This document shows, one piece after another, positions 57,201 through 64,000 of a DNA stretch of 64,000 bases. Both the position numbers and the translations under genes were made by a program. A model generated the notes under the pieces. That model saw only the letters and a program-made list of their open reading frames with translations. It did not search any database and was not told the origin of the DNA. This stretch comes from Heteronotia binoei (Eukaryota), in NCBI RefSeq assembly GCF_032191835.1, contig NC_083233.1, forward strand, positions 53,444,001 to 53,508,000, read 5' to 3'. Within the stretch, counting starts at the first letter, position 1, and every line of letters begins with the position of its first letter.

Positions 57201-59426
57201 ACACCCAATCTATATGAAGAAACTTGCTCTGGGTGAAGGTGTTCTTCCTCTTCTTCATTCCTCTACTGGCACCATCCTTTGTCTTGAGTTCCGTTGGACA
57301 AAGGCTTTAGGCAGTCTGACAGGATCCACGCCTAAGATAAGCTTGATTGCCTTATGCATAGGTGACATCTGTTGAGTACGTGAGCCTCCCGCTTCGCTGT
57401 CATGGAGTCTGGCACTGCAGGAAGATAGTTGCTGGTGATGTTAGCCTACCAATATGGATTCTATGGTCAAGGCTGGAATCCACTTGCCCGGACAGTTCCT
57501 GGTGGCGCAACTTCTTCTGCTGCAACGGCCGAGATGGTACATGCACGGAGCCGCTGGAAACCCACCTGTTCTCCTGGTTAGCACTCTTCCAGAGACACGG
57601 AGTGCTGCTGCAATGTTGTGGCTGTTAGTACTCACATAAGTCCCTTACAATCTGGTAGACAAAACCCATGTTCTCCTGGCAGATGTGTGTGAGTTGAGTC
57701 TCCAGGCACCCTGGCAACCAAACGGGTGACTACGATGTTCTGAAATTAGGGGTCTTTTTCTCACAGGACCTCAGCAAATTATAATGCCCTGGAGTCCACC
57801 CTCCAAAGCAGCCATTTTCGCCAGGAAAACTGATCTCTGTCATCTGGAGATCTCCAACCTCCACTTGGAGGCTGGCAACCCTACTAGGGTGTCAGGTGCT
57901 GCAAATGCCAGGGACCTGAGTCTGAGGCAAGGTGGGTGTGAGTAGTTATCATTGGAAGCCAGATGCCTGAGCTGCAGTGGGGCATGGGTAGTGGCCAAAA
58001 CTTGGTCTTTTTCTTTTCCTCTCTCAGGACAGGGTCTGTGATAGCTGCCCCTGTCACCCATTGACGAAGACCAACCCTGGCCAAGAACTTACAAGTTTTT
58101 CAAAATACATCACAGGGCAGCAGGTTTCCACCCCACAACTTCATCTGAGAAGTAGGATAGAAATATTTTTAAAAACCCAACCTAAATAACTGACAACGAG
58201 GATATGAATTAATAAAACTAGAGATGTCACTTCAAAAAGATCCCAAGTGGCCCTGAGAGAGGATGCTGCAGCAGGCTCTCTGTACGTCTAGCAGCCAGAG
58301 GGCACCCTCCTGCCTCCTTCTTTTCAGATTTGTGATAAGTGAAGAAAGAGAACAAGAAGGGCAAGTCGGTGGCAGTTTAAGAAAGGAAAGCCAAAGACAG
58401 ACCAGAGGGAGAAAAGGGAATAGGCTTGCCAACTGCCTGGAGGAAAAAAATGGCTGATTCTTTTAACAGAGGCTTCATGTAATGCTTATGTACTAGGTGA
58501 TGTTATTTACCTCTGTTCCATATCTCTGTTTATCTCCAGCTGCCCATCTCCACATATTAGGGTTCTAATAAAAAGACAGGACATTTCCCCTCAGGGTGTT
58601 GGCAATCCTAAAAAGCAGGCATTTTAAAGAAGAGAAAACTACACTATGTACTTCAAGGCAAGATTAGCCCCCCGCCCCCAAAATATGCCATTAAAACAGC
58701 AATAAAAAAGGGAGTCATTTTGCACCTACTTATTTATTTAGTATTTATTTAGTAAATTTATATTCCACCCTTTCCCATGATGGGCTCAGGGCAGATTACA
58801 GACAAAATAAAATGGTTAATAAAATAATAAAAGTCAAAGCTCTACACCTTTGCATACAAGTTACAGTTATGTTCAATTAAAAATAAAACTTGAGAGACTT
58901 TTTTTAGAAATGTGATGCTGGAAGAGAAAGCCATACACAGGGATACCCTCATCCTTTCCCTTTATGCCATTTTCCCACTGAAAACTACCACCCACAAGTT
59001 GTGTTCACCTCCCCAGGTTGAAAAAAGTTATAGATATCCACCTTTTTTCACCAGCAGGGATAGAAGGAGGAGGGAGAGGGACCGTGGTTTAATGGCAGAG
59101 AATCTGTTTTGTACACATAAGGTCCCAGGTTCAATTTCCAACATCTCCACTTGAAAAGATCAGGTAGTAGGGGATGAAACCCTGAAGAGCCACTGCCAGT
59201 CTGAGTAGGCAATACTGATCCTGATGGGCCAAGGGTCCAATTCAGTATTTGGCAGCTTCATGTGTTCATGTAATCAAGAAGCCTGGGGAAACCTGGGTGA
59301 GAGTCAGGGCCAGTTTAAGTGCTTTGTCACCCCAACAAAGTACCTCCAGAATTTCCTTTCATGTAACCATTGGTCAGATCCATCCCCTCTTACACTGACC
59401 AGGAGCTAACCAAGGAGGATCCTTAC

Positions 59427-59497
59427 CTTATGAATCTGCTGTAGACATTTTATCAGATGGGCTGTCTCAGAGGTCATCAGCCTTGGCAGTCTGGAAA
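59427..59497 (-). CDS. Candidate upstream SYNRG-like exon (SRLPRLMTSETAHLIKCLQQIHK)
   Basis: cccttttttgtag| acceptor, AAG|gtaagg donor in phase 0; CL plus 5 residues to the exon end parallels SYNRG RCLGSALN|VIKKAN, but similarity is weak. Confidence 0.45.
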
Positions 59498-60589
59498 CTA
59501 CAAAAAAGGGTAACACAAGGTACACAATGTCACTCACCTAGCATTGCAGTCCTGGGGGAGAGGCTGATTCAATTCCTTTAGGACAGCATACAGATGAAAC
59601 ATTTTCAGTATTTTAACTCCATGCCAAGAGACAAGTGCATCAAGCACCTGCTAAAAGGACAGAGCTAAGTCAAAGTGAGAGTGGGTGGGGAGATCTTTCT
59701 GTACATCTGGATGCCTGTTAAAAAGGGGCTTACCCTTCCCACACTATCCCTTGGCACAGCTGTGCACAGAAGACCCTATAATTATTAGTTCATCAGCCAT
59801 CTGGCTAAGTAAACCAGAAGACTTCTTCACCTTCTGCAGGTGGGTAGTTTCAGGCAGGCCTTGAATTCAGCAGGAGCTCACAGGAGTGCAGCTGCTGAAT
59901 CTTTCTGAGAGTTCCCCCTCCACCTATCTTGTCCATTGAACAGTAGGTGCAGCTGCATAACAATCCCTGGATTAGAAGAGCAGCCAGCCAGCCACCAGGG
60001 ATTTTGCCACACCCCCAGCAGCCCTCATTAATCCCTGGAGGAGCTCATGCCACCCTTTCTCCACTCCTTATGTGATTTTGGGCGGCAGGTAGCTTGCTGG
60101 CCTTTTGACGGGGTGGTGGGGTGTGGCCAAGGAGAGCCCCAGGTGAGTGAGGCCTGCTTGGGCTGGCTGGCTCTCTAACCAGCCCCGGCAGGCCTCGCTC
60201 GTCCAGGGCTCTCCTTTCTTGCATCAGGTTGCTTTTGGTGGGGGGATATGCTAATGAGTTATGCTAATGAGCTCTGGCACCTATTTTTCTACACACCGAC
60301 CACTGGTTTCAGGTGCATCCTTTTTTATCCTATTATCCACAGCTGCACATGTCCAAAATTCCCTCTTCTGCAATAATAGAATTGTCAGCTGTTCTGATGG
60401 GGCAAAAACATTCTGTTTAAAACAATTTATTATAATGTAATATATTGTTGTAGCATATTATCATTTGTTATTAAAAATTAATACACATATATAACATTTT
60501 CTCCACCCCACCCCCCTTTTGGTGACCCCCGGCAGTGCCAACTCCCTTAACAAACAACTCCCTATTACTATTTTATTTAATTTGTTATA

Positions 60590-61015
60590 AGGTAATAAAC
60601 TCTATCTATTAAAGAATCTTTCTTCATAAAAAAGCAAGAAAAAATACCAAAGGCTATAATTGTAGTCCATCCTCATGATAGTCCTTCTTATTCATTCACA
60701 AAGAAATGAAAAAGTTATAATCCAATATCCTGTTTTTTTAAACTGTAATCCATATGTAGTTTCTTTAAAAATTAACCATTGTCAAAGATCACCAAATGTC
60801 CTTTAACGTTCCATTGCTTTTCAATATACTTTTGAAACTTTCCCCACTCATTTTTAAACTTCTCTAGATCTTGTTCTTTTAAGATTCTTGTAAGTTTGTC
60901 CATTTCACTCCAATGCATAACTTTCAAAGTCCATTCCCACATTTCTGGTATTTTGTCTTGTTTCCACATTTGCTCATATAATGCCCATGCAGCTGAAAGG
61001 ATATACCAAATTATC
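60590..61015 (-). mobile_element. L1 ORF2 C-terminus and 3' end
   Basis: WYILSAAWALYEQMWKQDKIP...WSEMDKLT...EWGKFQKYI, a Trp-rich L1 C-terminal pattern, followed by a T-rich 3' UTR. Confidence 0.8.
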
Positions 61016-61786
61016 ATTCTATCTTGCTTTTGAAATGTTTAATGTATGGAAATGGGCAGGTGAAGCATTTCACGACATAAAGGTAAATGGTAAATAGAAG
61101 CCTATTAAAGGAATGGGACATTTTTTCCAGGTCATTGGCAGCACTGAGCATAGGCAGGAACATTTAGTCAGTCAACCCACTAGTGTTCCCAGTTACTCAG
61201 GCAGCAGTTTTGAAAAATGTTTTAATGTCCTTGTAAGTCTCCAGGTGGGGGGGCACAACACCTCCTTAGAAGCAACATTCCTCCCCTTTCCCTTCCGCAC
61301 CCAGGAGCAAATCCCTTTTTTGAGGTCATGCTAACTGTGACATGTGAATACATTGTCTGCAACATTCTTCCTTCCAAATTATTGTTGTTGACACATGTAA
61401 ATATATGCAATTACACTCATATAATTAATCTGCTAAGGGGTTTTTTTTTAAACCAAATGACAGCTTTTCACGGGAGCCCTGCTGACCTCCTTTGAAGCTG
61501 TTTGCCTCACTTCCTGCCCTCTATCTTCAAATTCCATGTGGCACTCTAGCTTCAAAGAACAAGCCACTTCCACGGCCAAGGCAGTGTGTTTCTCAGGATT
61601 TCATGAATTAAGAATTGTGTAGAATAAATATGGATGACAAACATAGAGGGGTATTGCTGCAGAAAACAACTAGAAGAGATTCCAAAAACTCTGTGACTGA
61701 ACCTCCAGAATTTATTGTATTGTTAAACAGCAGTGTGGGGAAAGGGAGCTCTGGTTTTTTTGGTGGACCTTTGGTAGGGAGCATGG

Positions 61787-62075
61787 CCCCATAGCGCAGA
61801 ATGTTAAAGCTGCAGTACTGCAGTCCTAAGCTCTGCTCACGACCTGAGTTGGATCCCCGGTGGAAGCTGGGTTTTCAGGTAGCCAGCTCCAGGTTGACTC
61901 AGCCTTCCATCTTTCTGAGGTCGGTAAAATGAGTACCCAGCTTGCTGGGGGGAAAGCGTAGGTGACTGGGGAAGGCAATGGTAGACCACCCCGTAAAAAG
62001 TCTGCCATGAAAACGTGAAAGCAACGTCACCCCAGAGTCGGAAATGACTGCTGCTTGCACAGGGGACCTTTCCTT
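61787..62075 (+). mobile_element. Sauria SINE
   Basis: Head ...aaagctgcagtactgcagtcctaagctctgctcacgacctgagttggatccc; tail ggggacctttcctttt. Confidence 0.85.
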
Positions 62076-64000
62076 TTCTTCCTTGGTAGGGAGATCTCTC
62101 CTAAGCAGTTATCCAGATTTCAGGGCCCCATCACCACCTGTTGTCTGTCCTGTTTGGTGAAATACACAGGCAAATAATAGCTGGCGGGGTGGATTTGAAG
62201 ACAGAACAACAGTGTGATGGGGGAAGTTAAATCCTTTTCTTCCAGTGTGCAGCCTCAAGCTGTACAGAGATACCCCCCATGGACCATTTGCTACCTATCA
62301 AGAAAAAAAAATGCCCTGAAAATCTATTTACAGTTCATCCAGTCTAATGAGAGAAAGCAGGTTGCTTCCAAAATATCTTCTAAGGTTCAGCTCCAGCCCT
62401 GGGACGAGGAATTGCCAGATTTTCAAGCATGCCCTTGAACAAAGCTTGATTTGTAAGAATTAGCAGCTGGAGAACTGCTCAAACCCCTTTGCGCCCCTGA
62501 TGATAGATTGAGCCACTATTAAAGGCACAGCTAGCCCTGACCTGCAAAGCCCAGGCAAGCCTGATATTGTCAGATCTTGGAGGAAGCTAAGCTTTCACTA
62601 CTATTTGGAAGGGATGACCTCCAAGGAATACCAGGATTGTGATGCAGAGCTAGGCAATGGCAAACTACCTATGAAATGTCTTTTACCTTAAAAGCAAGTC
62701 TAACTTGCCACTTAGTGATGCATAACTCTAAAATAGATAGAACTTATGACTGCCAGGATCTGGCTATTCTATACACAATGCCATGATAATTAATTAAAGG
62801 CACAGAGGCAGGAACTGCCTTATCTCTGAGAAACTTTCAGTATAGCACTTTTTCCTCAGCATGAAGCCATACGAACAGCTTTATATAAGTGTGTTGAACA
62901 GACAAAGCTGCCTAATCTCAAGTATGCCTTAGCACCTCTCCCTCGTTTTAGAACTGTTGCTCTGTATGTAGCTGTACCTACATAGAACACCTGACCATCT
63001 GCAATACCTTTCGTTTTACTTGCAAACAACACCACACACCCTGGTTAGTTCACCCCTCAGACTGATACCAGAAGAAAAGTTTCAGTTTGCAGGAAAAACT
63101 TTTTGCCTACCCTGAGATCCAGACAATCCCCAGCAGGTGGAATGCAAAAGTGACCACTTGGTAAATGTGTCTTTGTGCTGAGTCTCTCTCCAAGGGAACT
63201 GATCCAGATGAGTACCTGGCAAATTTTTTACTTTCTCCAGGAAGCGTGCTGAGTGCCAGTGTAGAGTCACATGATGAAAACTGAGTTCTGTGCTGGACAG
63301 GTCCCTTCCCCCTTCCAGCATTATTGACACAACTGCAGGAGATATGGTTTGCAGATTCCAAAGAGTTTAGTCATTCAATGGGACAGAAAGAATCTCAGCT
63401 CTGTAACCTAACATGTAAAAATTTAACAGGTGAAACATTTATTGCGTGGGAGAAAATGTCTGGAAAAACTTCATCAGAATTTCTGTTTGTCATACAGCTG
63501 TTAAAACATAGGAGCCACACCAGAGCGGAAAGTTGGCAGCTCCATTTTCTTTTTAGAAATGAGAAAGACAATCCCAAACAAATTGACTTGGATGGGAATC
63601 TCACTGAAACCAGTAAAGTAAACCTAGTTAGGAGTGGGATGTAAATTGGGTAGAGTAATTCTGGAGATATGTGTTGCAGGCCTTTCTTTCAAAGGTAACA
63701 TATGAAGCGACTTTATAAAGACTCAGACCATTTTGTTTAATATTGGCTGCTCTGACCAGGGTTTGTAATAGACCTGGAGGAACAAAAGACCTGTCACTTT
63801 AATAGACTCTTAATGGGATGATACTTAACAGGTGCCCTGACCTGAATAGCCCTCAGGAACCTCTCATCTTGTCAGATCTGAAAGCTAGACTATAAATGAA
63901 AAAATGTCAGGGTGAAACTATGTTATCAAAACATATATGTAATAGGGAAAACCCTTTTGGCCTCTACTTCTGAATAGACTCTGCTCCTAAATAATCTAAG

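Noticed and set aside
62110-63325. Candidate further SYNRG-like exons (about 62130-62290 and 63215-63335)
   Set aside because: Open frames and plausible splice sites, but no recognisable homology and weak donors; not supportable without RNA data.
46000-64000. SLC35E4 exons expected from human DUSP18 synteny
   Set aside because: No matching transmembrane coding segments were found by eye in this window.
1-64000. CRISPR arrays, operons, rRNA or other prokaryotic systems
   Set aside because: The sequence is intron-containing vertebrate DNA; no repeat-spacer array or rRNA similarity was seen.

Overview
Vertebrate genomic DNA from a squamate, most likely a gecko. This is inferred from Sauria-type and other tRNA-derived SINEs, CR1/L2/RTE/L1 LINEs and hAT MITEs. 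There is one 128-nt N gap (6550-6677). All exons were traced by hand. (1) Two tandem fish-egg-lectin (FEL/tectonin beta-propeller) genes lie on +. FEL-A is intact (4 exons, 257 aa, signal peptide). FEL-B has intact exons 2-4, but its paralogous exon 1 is frameshifted. Exon 3 is about 96% identical between the copies versus about 79% (exon 2) and 66% (exon 4), which points to gene conversion. (2) A full-length 4.1-kb RTE LINE with an uninterrupted 1074-aa ORF and a 12-bp TSD sits in FEL-B intron 3. (3) A 3-exon C5orf52 homologue (-, 142 aa) is head-to-head with DUSP18 (+, 188 aa, single coding exon) across a CpG island that contains an RFX X-box. (4) The 3' exons of a divergent synergin-gamma (SYNRG) paralogue (-) converge on DUSP18, mirroring the DUSP14-SYNRG pair. 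The remainder is dense TE sequence with several nested, inverted, hairpin and locally duplicated structures.
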